Source: Candidatus Cryptoclostridium obscurum (GTDB taxonomy: Bacteria > Bacillota > Dehalobacteriia > UBA7702). Taken from it: a stretch of DNA of 64,000 bases. The stretch spans positions 33,537 to 97,536 of the forward strand of contig CAJFVQ010000083.1 of assembly GCA_904420535.1 (NCBI GenBank), in the 5' to 3' direction. How positions within the stretch are numbered: position 1 is the first letter of the stretch; each line of letters opens with the position of its first letter. The translations under genes were made by a program, and so were the position numbers. The notes beneath the pieces were generated by a model. That model was not told where the DNA came from. It made no database searches and saw only the letters and a program-made list of their open reading frames with translations. Shown here in pieces: positions 1-10,432 of this stretch.

Positions 1-1
1 A

Positions 2-2200
2 GATTTTCGCGAAGTGCCATTTGACGAAGATAAAATCGTGCAAGCCATCGTCAAGGCTTTTAAAGCATCGGGCAGTACAAAACGGGAAGAAACGGCTCAA
101 GAATTAACAAGGCAAGTGATCGCTTCTTTGAAAGAGGAAGGATGCGACCGCCCAACGGTAGAACACATTCAAGATATTGTTGAACGAGTGTTAATGGACA
201 ACGGCTTTGTCCAAACAGCTAAAGCTTATATCCTTTACCGTGCGGAACGGAGCCGTGTTCGCGAGATGAATACCAGTTTGATGAAGGTATATCAGGATAT
301 TACCTTTAAAGCCGCGGAAGATTCCGATATCAAACGGGAAAACGCGAATATTGACGGCGATACTGCCATGGGGACCATGCTCAAATATGGTTCTGAAGGT
401 TCCAAACAATTTTATGAAATGTTTGTTTTGGACAAGGAATTTGCCACAGCTCACCGTGAAGGGGATATTCACATTCATGATATGGATTTTTATACTTTGA
501 CGACAACATGTTGTCAAATTGATCTTCAAAATCTGTTTCATAATGGATTTTCCACCGGTCACGGTGTATTAAGAGAACCCAATGATATTTCCAGTTATGC
601 CGCATTGGCCTGCATTGCCATACAGAGTAATCAAAACGACCAACATGGCGGCCAGAGCATTGCGAATTTCGACTACGGCATGGCGCCGGGGGTTCATAAA
701 ACTTTTGCCAAACGTTTTAAGGTGAATTTGTCCAATGCCTTGGAGCTCCTTGGCGATTGTAATGACAGCGATTCGCTGGCAGATGAGGTGATTGCGTCTT
801 GCGGCAAACCGACCCTGGAAGGGAAAACGCAAAATCAAGCCTGTTGTAATTTTTTGCAAAACCAAGGGTTTTCCCAGGAATTATCCGAACGCATCGTGGG
901 TTTTGCTCAACGCAAAGCCATTGAGGAAACAGATCGTTTGACCTACCAGGCTATGGAGGCTTTCATTCATAATTTAAATACAATGCATTCCCGTGCCGGT
1001 GCGCAAACACCGTTTTCCTCGGTGAATTACGGCACCGATACCAGCCCCGAAGGACATTTGTTGATTAAGAATCTGCTTTTGGCCACGGAAGCTGGACTTG
1101 GGCGGGGAGAAACTCCAATTTTCCCTATCCAGATCTTCCGTCTGAAAGAGGGGAAGAATTATAATCCTGGAGACCCCAATTATGATTTATTCCAACTGGC
1201 TTGCCGCGTCAGTGCCAAACGCTTGTTCCCTAATTTTTCCTTCCAGGACGCACCTTATAATTTACAGTACTATAAAGAAGGACATCCCGAAACGGAAATC
1301 GCTTATATGGGATGCCGTACCAGGGTCATTGGAAATTACCATGATAGAGACAAGGAAATATCGACTCGCCGCGGCAACCTTTCGTTTACTTCCATTAATT
1401 TACCGCGAATTGCCATTCGTTCCAATGGTGATTTGTCATTCTTTTTTGATGAATTGGAACGAAAAATGGATTTGGCGGTACGCCAGTTAAACGAACGTTT
1501 TGCCATCCAGTGCAAAAAGAAAGTAAAGAATTTTCCTTTCCTTATGGGGCAGGGCGTGTGGCTCGATAGTGAAAAACTCGGTTGGGAGGACGAAGTAGGC
1601 GAAATATTGAAGCATGGCACCTTGTCCGTAGGCTTTATCGGCCTGGCAGAAACGTTGAAGGCTCTTTGTGGCGCCCATCATGGGGAAAGCGCCAAAGCGC
1701 AAAATCTCGGTTTAGAAATCGTCGGTTTTATGCGCAACTATCTCGACAACCTTACGAAGAAAACAAGACTCAATTACACTTTGTTGGCAACGCCGGCAGA
1801 AGGGTTGAGTGGACGTTTTGTGCGCATGGATAAAAAACGTTTTGGAATTATTGAAGGTGTTACCGACCGTGAATACTATACCAACAGCTTTCACATCCCC
1901 GTATATTATCCAATGAGCGCGTTTGAGAAAATTAATTTAGAAGCACCCTACCACGCGTTGACCAATGCGGGACATATTACCTATGTGGAAATGGATGGCG
2001 ATATTGCCCAAAACCTTGAAGTTTTTGAAAAGATCATCCGCGCCATGAAGGAAGCCGGCATTGGTTACGGCTCTATCAACCATCCGGTGGACCGCGATCC
2101 GATCTGCGGCTTTAACGGTATCATCGGTGATACCTGTCCCCATTGTGGGCGCAGTGAAAATGAAGTGGAATTTGAGCGAATCCACCGCATTACGGAATGA
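2..2200 (+). CDS. nrdD: Anaerobic ribonucleoside-triphosphate reductase (class III RNR). It is probably 5'-partial, because the frame is open to the window start; a GTG lies at 14.
   Basis: ATP-cone-like N-terminus (VPFDEDKIVQAIVKAF). C-terminal Zn ribbon (CGFNG...CPHCG). The NrdG activase gene lies immediately downstream. 728 aa. Confidence 0.85.
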   Translation, partial: DFREVPFDEDKIVQAIVKAFKASGSTKREETAQELTRQVIASLKEEGCDRPTVEHIQDIVERVLMDNGFVQTAKAYILYRAERSRVREMNTSLMKVYQDITFKAAEDSDIKRENANIDGDTAMGTMLKYGSEGSKQFYEMFVLDKEFATAHREGDIHIHDMDFYTLTTTCCQIDLQNLFHNGFSTGHGVLREPNDISSYAALACIAIQSNQNDQHGGQSIANFDYGMAPGVHKTFAKRFKVNLSNALELLGDCNDSDSLADEVIASCGKPTLEGKTQNQACCNFLQNQGFSQELSERIVGFAQRKAIEETDRLTYQAMEAFIHNLNTMHSRAGAQTPFSSVNYGTDTSPEGHLLIKNLLLATEAGLGRGETPIFPIQIFRLKEGKNYNPGDPNYDLFQLACRVSAKRLFPNFSFQDAPYNLQYYKEGHPETEIAYMGCRTRVIGNYHDRDKEISTRRGNLSFTSINLPRIAIRSNGDLSFFFDELERKMDLAVRQLNERFAIQCKKKVKNFPFLMGQGVWLDSEKLGWEDEVGEILKHGTLSVGFIGLAETLKALCGAHHGESAKAQNLGLEIVGFMRNYLDNLTKKTRLNYTLLATPAEGLSGRFVRMDKKRFGIIEGVTDREYYTNSFHIPVYYPMSAFEKINLEAPYHALTNAGHITYVEMDGDIAQNLEVFEKIIRAMKEAGIGYGSINHPVDRDPICGFNGIIGDTCPHCGRSENEVEFERIHRITE

Positions 2201-2250
2201 GTTTTGGCTTCATACTGTCAAAATCCTTATGAAAAAGAAAAGGGAATATC

Positions 2251-2745
2251 ATGAAGATTCAAATCGCCGAACTTATTAACGATTCCATCGTAGACGGAAA
2301 AGGTCTGCGTTTGGCTATATATGTACAAGGATGCAGTCATCATTGCAAAGGCTGTCATAATCCCCAAACTCACGATCCTAGCGGGGGAAAAACCATAGAT
2401 ACAGAAGAGATTTGGAAGGTGGTAAAAAAAAATCCATTATTGGACGGTTTGACCTTTAGCGGTGGGGAACCGATGGAGCAACCGCTTCCCTTGGTAGATT
2501 TGGCGCAAAAAGCCAAAAATAGTGGCATGAGTATTTGGTGTTATACAGGCTATACTTGGGAAGAGCTTATTGCCGCAATGGATCCTAGAAGAGAACTCCT
2601 TTCCTTGGTTGACGTCCTTGTCGATGGTCCCTTTCTTCTGGAACAGCGCACTTTGTCGTTACCTTTTCGCGGTTCTAGAAATCAGCGAATCATCGATGTA
2701 ACAAAAAGTTTATCTTCAGGGGAAATTGTTCGGTTCATGGAATAA
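2251..2745 (+). CDS. nrdG: Anaerobic ribonucleotide reductase activating protein (radical SAM)
   Basis: CxxxCxxC radical SAM motif (CSHHCKGC) near the N-terminus. About 164 aa. Directly follows nrdD. RBS AAGGGAA. Confidence 0.85.
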   Translation: MKIQIAELINDSIVDGKGLRLAIYVQGCSHHCKGCHNPQTHDPSGGKTIDTEEIWKVVKKNPLLDGLTFSGGEPMEQPLPLVDLAQKAKNSGMSIWCYTGYTWEELIAAMDPRRELLSLVDVLVDGPFLLEQRTLSLPFRGSRNQRIIDVTKSLSSGEIVRFME

Positions 2746-2749
2746 ACGA

Positions 2750-2784
2750 CGGGCGGTGTATGGTAATATACCGCCCGATTTCTT
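2750..2784 (+). terminator. Hairpin plus T-rich tail after nrdG
   Basis: cgggcggtgt / 8-nt loop / ataccgcccg, followed by atttctt. Confidence 0.4.
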
Positions 2785-2804
2785 AAAAGAAAGGAGAGTA
2801 TATA

Positions 2805-5015
2805 TTGCCTTATGCGGAGGTTCTGATCAATCGAAAAGTTGCAGCATTGGATCGGCCTTTTACTTATGAAATTCCGCCGGAGCTTTTTGATGAGATTCAA
2901 ATAGGCAGCACCGTTTCGGTTCCTTTTGGCAATACTACGGTAAAAGGTATTGTTATCGGCATGACTGATGATCCCGGTGAAATTACTCCAAAGTATATTG
3001 ACGACATTGTCAACGAAACCTTTCTTTTTCCAAAGGATCTGTTGGAGCTGGCGGAATATCTCGGTGAATATTATATGAATCCAAAGATCTCCATGCTTCA
3101 CGCAATGATCCCTCGTGGCGTAAACCTTTTTGGAAAAGCGCTGAAACCAAAAACAGAGCCTTATGTTTCATTGGCCCCTTGGACGGAAACTTCTAATCTA
3201 CGCGGTGAAAGGCAAAAAGAAATTGCGGCATATTTGGATTCTTATGGGGAAATTTCTCTTCATGAGGCGGTGCATGAAAAAGGGTTTTCTGTTTCTGCAT
3301 TGCGGACCTTGGTGAAAAAAGGTGTGCTTTTAAAAGAAGAACGCCCCGTGCGCCGCTATGGTTTTGAAATCCATAGCGGTGTAGAACATGACTTTCAATT
3401 AACGGAAGAACAGCGAAGAATACTTCATACCATTAGAAGCCGCGGCCATGACGATACACGACCAATTTTACTCCATGGTGTCACTGGTTCCGGAAAAACG
3501 GAGATCTATCTTCGCTTGGTAACGGATGTGATTTCCCAAGGAAAACAGGCCATTGTTTTAATGCCGGAAATTGCTTTGACACCGCAATTTGTAACCATAT
3601 TTGAACGAAGATTCCCTGGAAAAGTGGTCTTGATGCACAGCCGACTCAGCGCCGGAGAACGCAGGGATGCTTGGTATGCCGCCCGTTCCGGGGAGGCCGC
3701 TGTGATTTTAGGCGCCCGCTCCGCAGTGTTTGCGCCGGTAAATTGTCTGGGGATCATCATTATGGATGAGGAACATGAAGATTCCTATTATCAGGGCAAT
3801 GCGCCACGGTTTCATGCCAGAGAAGCCGCAGCAAAAAGATGTGAAATGACCGAGGCTTTGTTTCTCATGGGTAGCGCCACTCCTTCGCTTGAATCTTATC
3901 ATAAAGGCTTGATAGGGGAATATCAATTATTAACGATGGAACGCCGTGTGAATGATGTCCCATTGCCTACAGTGAAAGTCGTTGATATGCGAGAAGAATT
4001 GAAATCAGGGTGGACAGAGGTGATCAGCCGACAATTAATTGAGGAAATGAACAAAAATTTGATTCAAAAACAACAGACGTTGCTTTTTTTAAACCGGCTC
4101 GGTTCTCATACGTTTGTTTCATGTCGAGATTGCGGTTTTGTTCATACTTGTCCCAATTGCGGTATTTCTTTGGTCTATTATGAAAGCAGAAACTCTCTTC
4201 GGTGCAATCATTGCGACCACGAAGTCAAAATGGAAGATACCTGTCCCCAATGCAATGGCCGTCGCATCCGTTATTTCGGCTTGGGCACGGAAGGGTTGGA
4301 AAAAGTAGTTAAAAAGTTTTTTCCCAATGCTGTGGTGGATCGCCTCGATTCCGACAATACAAAACATAAAGGTGATTTTGATCGCATTTATGAACGAATG
4401 AAAAGCGGTGCCACCGATATTCTGATCGGTACAAAAATGATTACGAAAGGCTGGGATTTTCCTAATTTAACATTGACGGGAATTATTGCTGCCGATCTGA
4501 CCTTGAATTTTCCTGATTTTCGTTCCAGCGAACGAACTTTTCAAACGATTACCCAGGTTGCGGGGCGCTGTGGACGATGTTCGGAGCAAGGGCGCGTGAT
4601 TTTACAGACTTACCGTCCCAATGATCCTGTCATTCTCAGCGGCAGTCGTCAGGATTATGGTGCTTATTACGAATGGGAGTCGCAAAAGAGGGCAGGCTAT
4701 GAATATCCGCCCTTTACTCACGAAGTGAAAATTATTTTCACGACTCCCAGAGGATATTTGTTTCAAAATGATTTAGATCAGATCCACCGCTGTTTTGAGG
4801 ATGTTGTAAACAGTGAAACAGAGGTTTTGGGGCCTTCACCGGCGATCTATCGTTATCATAAAGAAACAGAAAAATGGGTCGTTACCTTGATAGGGCCAAA
4901 ACTTTTCGACATGAGAAATGAAATAAAAGAAGGACTTTGCTGTCTTAAGGGAGAAAATATACTGGATAAAAATATCATAGTTCAGGTGGAAATTGATCCT
5001 CTTGATATTGTTTAG
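2805..5015 (+). CDS. priA: Primosomal protein N' (replication restart helicase PriA). The start codon is TTG.
   Basis: Walker A GVTGSGKTEIYL and DEEH box. Cys-rich zinc-binding region (CPNCG...CNHCDH...CPQCNG). RBS AAAGGAGAG. 736 aa. Confidence 0.9.
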   Translation: MPYAEVLINRKVAALDRPFTYEIPPELFDEIQIGSTVSVPFGNTTVKGIVIGMTDDPGEITPKYIDDIVNETFLFPKDLLELAEYLGEYYMNPKISMLHAMIPRGVNLFGKALKPKTEPYVSLAPWTETSNLRGERQKEIAAYLDSYGEISLHEAVHEKGFSVSALRTLVKKGVLLKEERPVRRYGFEIHSGVEHDFQLTEEQRRILHTIRSRGHDDTRPILLHGVTGSGKTEIYLRLVTDVISQGKQAIVLMPEIALTPQFVTIFERRFPGKVVLMHSRLSAGERRDAWYAARSGEAAVILGARSAVFAPVNCLGIIIMDEEHEDSYYQGNAPRFHAREAAAKRCEMTEALFLMGSATPSLESYHKGLIGEYQLLTMERRVNDVPLPTVKVVDMREELKSGWTEVISRQLIEEMNKNLIQKQQTLLFLNRLGSHTFVSCRDCGFVHTCPNCGISLVYYESRNSLRCNHCDHEVKMEDTCPQCNGRRIRYFGLGTEGLEKVVKKFFPNAVVDRLDSDNTKHKGDFDRIYERMKSGATDILIGTKMITKGWDFPNLTLTGIIAADLTLNFPDFRSSERTFQTITQVAGRCGRCSEQGRVILQTYRPNDPVILSGSRQDYGAYYEWESQKRAGYEYPPFTHEVKIIFTTPRGYLFQNDLDQIHRCFEDVVNSETEVLGPSPAIYRYHKETEKWVVTLIGPKLFDMRNEIKEGLCCLKGENILDKNIIVQVEIDPLDIV

Positions 5016-5054
5016 AATAAACTATATAATTTAGGATAAAGAGAGATTAAAATT

Positions 5055-5495
5055 ATGGCTATTTATGAGATTTTACAAGTTGGCGATGAAGTTTTGCGCC
5101 AAAAATGCCTTCCCGTAAAAGAAATCAACGATACGGTACGCGAACTTCTTGACGATATGGCGGAAACCATGTATCGTGCTGACGGCGTAGGCCTAGCAGC
5201 GCCTCAGATTGGAATCACGAAACGCATGATCGTTGTTGATGTTGGGGAAGGTCTTGTGGAACTGATTAATCCCGAATTGGTGAACGGCAGAGGACGCCAG
5301 ATTGACGATGAAGGGTGTCTCAGCGTTGTAGGTGTTACCGGTCCCGTAGAACGGTATAAAACTGTCATGGTCAAAGGGCTTGACCGTAACGGAAAAGGCA
5401 TTTTAATAAAAGCCCATGGTTTATTTGCTAGAGCGTTGCAACATGAAATGGATCATCTTGATGGGATACTTTTTATTGATAAAGTAAAGAAGTGA
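5055..5495 (+). CDS. def: Peptide deformylase
   Basis: Motifs [15 protein letters not shown] and QHEMDHLDG. 146 aa. Confidence 0.9.
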   Translation: MAIYEILQVGDEVLRQKCLPVKEINDTVRELLDDMAETMYRADGVGLAAPQIGITKRMIVVDVGEGLVELINPELVNGRGRQIDDEGCLSVVGVTGPVERYKTVMVKGLDRNGKGILIKAHGLFARALQHEMDHLDGILFIDKVKK

Positions 5496-5499
5496 TATC

Positions 5500-6456
5500 A
5501 TGAAAATAATTTACATGGGAAGCCCTGCATTTGCCGTTTATGGTTTAAACGCTTTGTATCAAGGGGGACATGAAATTAAAGCTGTGGTGACGCGGGAAGA
5601 TAAGGCGCGGGGCAGAAAAAAACAACTCCAGCCAACGCCGGTGAAGGCTCGCAGTCTGGAATTGGGAATTCCTGTTTATACGCCTTCCGATGTGAATGAT
5701 CCTGCTTTTATTGAAATTTTGAAGGAGACAGGAGCGGAAGTGATCGTGGTTTCTGCTTTTGGACATTTGCTAAAATCAGAATTGTTATCTGCTTTTCCCC
5801 TGGGAGTTATCAATATTCATGGTTCGTTGTTGCCTCAGTACCGTGGCGCGTCTCCTATGAATGCGGCACTCCGTGACGGACAAACGAAAACCGGCATTAC
5901 GATCATGTATCTCAATGAAGGCATGGACGAAGGAGATATTTGCCTCAAAGGCGAGTTGGAAATTGGGGAAAATGAAAATTTTGCCTCTCTTTGCCATCGC
6001 ATGGGAGAGTTAGGAGGATCGTTGATTCTGGAAGCCTTAGCAAAGATCGAACAGGGAACTGCTCCAAGAATTCCGCAAAACCATGAGGCGGCGACCTACT
6101 GTCAGCTGATGACCAGAGAAGATGAAAAAATATCTTGGTCACAAAAGGGTAAATCGATTCATAATCAAATCCGCAGTTTATCTCCGGAACCAGGGGCATA
6201 TACCTATTTTAATGGAGAGGTAATAAAACTCATCGTTTCCCACTGGGAAAATGATGATAGGTGCGAATTTGATGACGCCCCGGGAAAAATTTTGTTTATG
6301 GATAAGAGAAAAGGCGTTGCCGTCAAGGCTCAAGGCGGTATTCTTTGGTTAAAAGAAGTCAAACCGGCAGGGAAAAAACAGATGAAAGCCAATGATTGGT
6401 ATCGCGGTCTTCGCAACAAAGAAATGGCAGTTTTTACTGATGATTCAAACAGGTAA
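5500..6456 (+). CDS. fmt: Methionyl-tRNA formyltransferase
   Basis: Formyltransferase fold (NIHGSLLPQYRGASP). Placed after def as in the canonical def-fmt operon. Confidence 0.9.
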   Translation: MKIIYMGSPAFAVYGLNALYQGGHEIKAVVTREDKARGRKKQLQPTPVKARSLELGIPVYTPSDVNDPAFIEILKETGAEVIVVSAFGHLLKSELLSAFPLGVINIHGSLLPQYRGASPMNAALRDGQTKTGITIMYLNEGMDEGDICLKGELEIGENENFASLCHRMGELGGSLILEALAKIEQGTAPRIPQNHEAATYCQLMTREDEKISWSQKGKSIHNQIRSLSPEPGAYTYFNGEVIKLIVSHWENDDRCEFDDAPGKILFMDKRKGVAVKAQGGILWLKEVKPAGKKQMKANDWYRGLRNKEMAVFTDDSNR

Positions 6457-6514
6457 ATGGAGAAGTCATCATTATTTGCACTATTATTGTAATTAAGGGA
6501 GGATTTTATTAAGT

Positions 6515-7201
6515 ATGTTCTTTTTTGACCCTACGATAATCATTTTGATACCTGCGATTATCTTATCTTTATGGGCCCAAGTAAATATCAGTAGCACCGT
6601 TGGACGCTTTGAAAGGGTGCAGGCTCGTAGCGGCCTTACCGGTGCTCAAGTCGCACAGCGCATTCTTCAGAATAATGGCATTTATGATGTCCGCGTTGAA
6701 GCAGTGAGAGGACACTTGACTGACCACTATGACCCGAGGAAAAAAGTGGTTCGTTTATCGGAATCGGTTTACGGCAGAACATCCCTAGCTGCCTTGGGAG
6801 TAGCAGCGCATGAGGTCGGCCATGCGATTCAGCATGATAACGACTATGTTCCTTTGCGCATTCGTTCCGCATTGGCGCCCATTGCGCAATTTGGCAGCTA
6901 TGGTTCTTGGATTTTGTTAATTATTGGTATTCTCTTTTCTTACGGCCCTTTGGTAGAAATTGGCATTTGGCTTTTTGTGGCTGTTGTTCTTTTCCAGCTG
7001 GTTACTTTGCCTGTAGAGTTTAACGCTTCTTCCCGTGCCTTGGTTCAATTGGAAACGGGAGGATTTCTCGCATCCGATGAAATTGACGGAAGTCGGAAAG
7101 TTCTTCGTGCCGCAGCGATGACTTATGTAGCTGCTGTCGTCATGGCGATTCTTCAATTAGTGCGCTTATTGGCCATTGCAGGAATCTTTAATCGGGAATA
7201 A
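6515..7201 (+). CDS. Membrane zinc metallopeptidase (Zn_peptidase_2 / YugP-like family)
   Basis: HEVGHAIQH zinc-binding motif. TM helices at the N-terminus and in the middle. Confidence 0.6.
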   Translation: MFFFDPTIIILIPAIILSLWAQVNISSTVGRFERVQARSGLTGAQVAQRILQNNGIYDVRVEAVRGHLTDHYDPRKKVVRLSESVYGRTSLAALGVAAHEVGHAIQHDNDYVPLRIRSALAPIAQFGSYGSWILLIIGILFSYGPLVEIGIWLFVAVVLFQLVTLPVEFNASSRALVQLETGGFLASDEIDGSRKVLRAAAMTYVAAVVMAILQLVRLLAIAGIFNRE

Positions 7202-8557
7202 ATGATGGAAAATACTCGAGAAATAGCGGCGACTACTCTTTATGCGATTACCGAGGATGGCGCTTACGCCAATTTGACGCTGGGTAATGCGTTAAGAAAA
7301 AGCCATTTGGACCAACGAGACAAATCCTTTGTAACGAACTTGGTTTATGGAACACTGGAACATCTTTGTCCCATTGATTATCAAGTGAAGCAATTTTTAA
7401 AGAAACCTGTAAAGAAGAAGGATCGTTTTTTAATGACCCTTCTTCGTTTGGGTTTTTTTGAGTTAATGTATACTTCTGTTCCCGGTCGTGCCGTTGTCAA
7501 TGAAATTGTTAAATTAGCAAAAAAATACGGTCATCAAGGCTGGGGGAATATGGCGAATGGTATTTTAAGAAATTTTTTGCGTCAAAAAAACCAATTAGTT
7601 TGGCCAGTATTTCAAAACAGATTGGATCAGATCTTGTTTGAACAGTCTCTTCCTCAGTGGCTGGGGGATCTTTGGAAAAGAGAGAGGGGAGAGGAAGAAG
7701 CCCTTCTGCTTTTGGAAAGCATCGGTAAAAGTCGACCATTTACCTTTCGGATCAATTCATTAAAAACCGATCGTGACCATTTGATGGAACGTCTCGAACG
7801 TGAAGGTTACCATGTGAAACCGTGTCTCTATTCTCCCCACGGATTTCGTTGGGAGAGTGGTGAAAATCCTCTTACAAGTCTTGAATATCAAGAAGGTTAT
7901 TTTACTGTGCAAGAGGAGTCTTCTCAGCTTGCTTCGTTGGCTCTGGCACCAAATCCTGGGCAAACAGTTCTCGATCTTTGTGCAGCTCCCGGTGGCAAAT
8001 CTACCCATTTGGCCCAGTTGATGGAAAACCGCGGTCTGATCATGGCCGGGGATATCCATCCGCACAAAATTGCGTTGATCGAGGAAAATGCGAAGCGGCT
8101 TGCCATTGATATTATTCAGGCTGAAGTTAAAGATGGCCGGACATGGGGAGAAGATTTCCCAAATCATTTTGATGCTGTTTTATTGGACGCCCCTTGTTCT
8201 GGCTTGGGCGTTTTCGCCCGCCGTCAGGATGCGCGCTTCAGAAAGGATGCTGCTGATATTGCAACCTTGGCAAAGGTTCAGTGGGATTTAATTGGTTCCG
8301 CCATAAAAGCATTAAAACCGGGAGGAATCCTCGTTTATTCTACCTGTACTTTGACGAATGAAGAGAATCATCAAAACCGAGAAAAACTGTTGACAGAGTT
8401 CCCCCAAATGAAACCTTTTGATCTTAGCAGACGACTTCCCTGTTTTTCTCAGAAAGAAGCGGCATGTTTGGAGAAAGGCTATCTAGAGCTCCTACCTTAC
8501 CGTCATCATACCGATGGTTTTTATATTTCTGCATATCGAAAGGATCCTCCCCAATGA
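7202..8557 (+). CDS. rsmB: 16S rRNA (cytosine967-C5)-methyltransferase RsmB/Sun
   Basis: N-terminal NusB-like region. SAM-MTase motifs (DLCAAPGGKS, DAPCSGLGV). Conserved fmt-rsmB-rlmN order. Confidence 0.85.
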   Translation: MMENTREIAATTLYAITEDGAYANLTLGNALRKSHLDQRDKSFVTNLVYGTLEHLCPIDYQVKQFLKKPVKKKDRFLMTLLRLGFFELMYTSVPGRAVVNEIVKLAKKYGHQGWGNMANGILRNFLRQKNQLVWPVFQNRLDQILFEQSLPQWLGDLWKRERGEEEALLLLESIGKSRPFTFRINSLKTDRDHLMERLEREGYHVKPCLYSPHGFRWESGENPLTSLEYQEGYFTVQEESSQLASLALAPNPGQTVLDLCAAPGGKSTHLAQLMENRGLIMAGDIHPHKIALIEENAKRLAIDIIQAEVKDGRTWGEDFPNHFDAVLLDAPCSGLGVFARRQDARFRKDAADIATLAKVQWDLIGSAIKALKPGGILVYSTCTLTNEENHQNREKLLTEFPQMKPFDLSRRLPCFSQKEAACLEKGYLELLPYRHHTDGFYISAYRKDPPQ

Positions 8558-9594
8558 TCGATTTACTGTGTCTTACTCAACAGGATATGGAAAATCTTCT
8601 GTATAAAGCAGGGTTTCCTCGCTATCGTGGACGCCAGCTTTATCAGTGGTGTCATGAAAAAGAAGTAAAAAATCTTCAAGCTATGGCTAATTTACCACAT
8701 CAATTAAAGCAATGGCTGGAAGAGAATACGATCATCGGTAGAGGAAAAAGAGTCGACACTCGTTACGGTCGTGATAAAAACACAGTGAAGTTTTTGCTGG
8801 AGTTTCCTGAACATTCCTCCATTGAAACAGTTTTAATGTGTTATGAGCGGGAGGCTTCCAGAAATCGCAATACCGTATGTGTCAGCACCCAAGCCGGCTG
8901 CGGAATGGGATGCCGATTCTGTGCCACGGCTTTGGGAGGATTTCAGCGAAACCTCACTGTCGGAGAGATCATCGAACAGGTTAATTACGGCAATCGGTAT
9001 TTAAAGTCGAAAAAAGAAGCGAGAATTACCAATGTGGTATACATGGGCATGGGAGAGCCTTTGGCAAATTGGGATGCTGTTTGGAAAAGCATACAAATTT
9101 TAAATGACGCCAAAAAAATCGGTATGCGTCGTATTACAGTTTCCACTGCCGGTTTGGTCCCGCAAATTAAAAAAATTACCGCTCTGGGCCCTCAATTTAC
9201 TTTAGCAGTATCTCTCCACGCGCCCAATGATACGATGAGAAATCGTCTGATGCCGATTAATCGGCGCTTCCCGCTAAAAGAATTATTTGATGCTTTGGAT
9301 GAATATACAGAGAAGACAGGCCGTAGAATAACCATTGAGTACGCACTATTTGCCGGTGTAAACGATTCTAAAAAAACCGCTTTGGAACTGGTAAATCTTT
9401 TAAAGGGGCGATTGGTTCATGTCAACCTTTTACCAGGGAATCCTGTCAAAGAAACGGGGTTGTTTCGCTCTGGCGAAGAAAATGTCCAAAGCTTTTTGCA
9501 AATTCTTGAAACAAACGGTATTGAAACAACGTTAAGAGAATCAAGAGGACAGGATATCGATGGTGCTTGCGGACAACTGCGAGGAAAAATGTAA
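8554..9594 (+). CDS. rlmN: 23S rRNA / tRNA (adenine-C2)-methyltransferase RlmN (radical SAM)
   Basis: CGMGCRFCAT radical SAM motif. The likely start is the ATG at 8554, overlapping the rsmB stop (ATGA). Confidence 0.9.
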   Translation: MIDLLCLTQQDMENLLYKAGFPRYRGRQLYQWCHEKEVKNLQAMANLPHQLKQWLEENTIIGRGKRVDTRYGRDKNTVKFLLEFPEHSSIETVLMCYEREASRNRNTVCVSTQAGCGMGCRFCATALGGFQRNLTVGEIIEQVNYGNRYLKSKKEARITNVVYMGMGEPLANWDAVWKSIQILNDAKKIGMRRITVSTAGLVPQIKKITALGPQFTLAVSLHAPNDTMRNRLMPINRRFPLKELFDALDEYTEKTGRRITIEYALFAGVNDSKKTALELVNLLKGRLVHVNLLPGNPVKETGLFRSGEENVQSFLQILETNGIETTLRESRGQDIDGACGQLRGKM

Positions 9595-9704
9595 AAAATT
9601 GTGGCTTTTTATGAAAAAGCATATTCTGAAAAAAGGATAAACAGGAAAGAAAAAGAATATTATTTCAATTAACTTATTTTACAGCTGGAGTGAAAGAGGA
9701 TATC

Positions 9705-10418
9705 ATGAAAGCCTGGTCATTAACGGATATTGGTTTAAAAAGAATAGAAAATGAAGATTTTTATTATTGCGATGCCGCGAATGGCCTATTTCTAATTGCA
9801 GATGGCATGGGTGGCCATGCCGGCGGTGAAGTCGCCAGCGCCACAGCAGTGAAAGTATTTCGTGACCATTTTATGGGTGTTACTGCAGAAAATTATCAAA
9901 AAGAAATTGCCGATCTTTTCCTTCTGGCGAATCGAGAGATTTATGATTTGGCCCAAAGGAAAAAACAGTTAAAGGGGATGGGAACGACCTTTGTCGCCAC
10001 CATTGTCTCTGAAAATCAATTATATATCGGTTATGTAGGTGATAGTCGGGTTTATCTCTACCGTCAGGGAGGAATTCACTGTCTGACCCAGGATCAAAAT
10101 GTAGCAGGCCAGCTGGTACGAGAAGGTGAATTAACCGAAGAAGAAGCAATGGAACATCCTGGAAAAAATTTATTAACTAATGCGATGGGAACTCATCCTA
10201 CCTTAGACATTGCTTTCATTCATGAGTCTTTGGAAGCTAACGATATGCTTTTAATGTGTACTGATGGACTGAATAGCTTTCTTTCTACTTCAGACCTGGA
10301 AGGAATCATTCGCAAATACGAAAAGGATCCTTCCAAAGCCTTGGATAAAATGCTAAAAACGGCCCTGGAACGCGGGGGCGATGATAACATAACAATCATA
10401 TTGACGAAAAATTCTTGA
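9705..10418 (+). CDS. prpC: Ser/Thr protein phosphatase, PP2C family
   Basis: PP2C motifs (DGMGGHAGGEVAS, GDSRVY, DGL). The start at 9705 is preferred because of RBS GAAAGAGGA; an in-frame GTG is at 9690. Paired with prkC downstream. Confidence 0.85.
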   Translation: MKAWSLTDIGLKRIENEDFYYCDAANGLFLIADGMGGHAGGEVASATAVKVFRDHFMGVTAENYQKEIADLFLLANREIYDLAQRKKQLKGMGTTFVATIVSENQLYIGYVGDSRVYLYRQGGIHCLTQDQNVAGQLVREGELTEEEAMEHPGKNLLTNAMGTHPTLDIAFIHESLEANDMLLMCTDGLNSFLSTSDLEGIIRKYEKDPSKALDKMLKTALERGGDDNITIILTKNS

Positions 10419-10432
10419 TATGAGGTGAAATG

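Noticed and set aside
2195-2203. TGA recoding (UGA=Gly or Sec) to read through the nrdD stop
   Set aside because: Many other genes in the window terminate cleanly with TGA in conserved positions (rsmB, rsgA, ribH, lysR). Read-through would give RITE-G/U-VLASY..., which still lacks the Gly-Tyr motif. No SECIS-like hairpin was noted.
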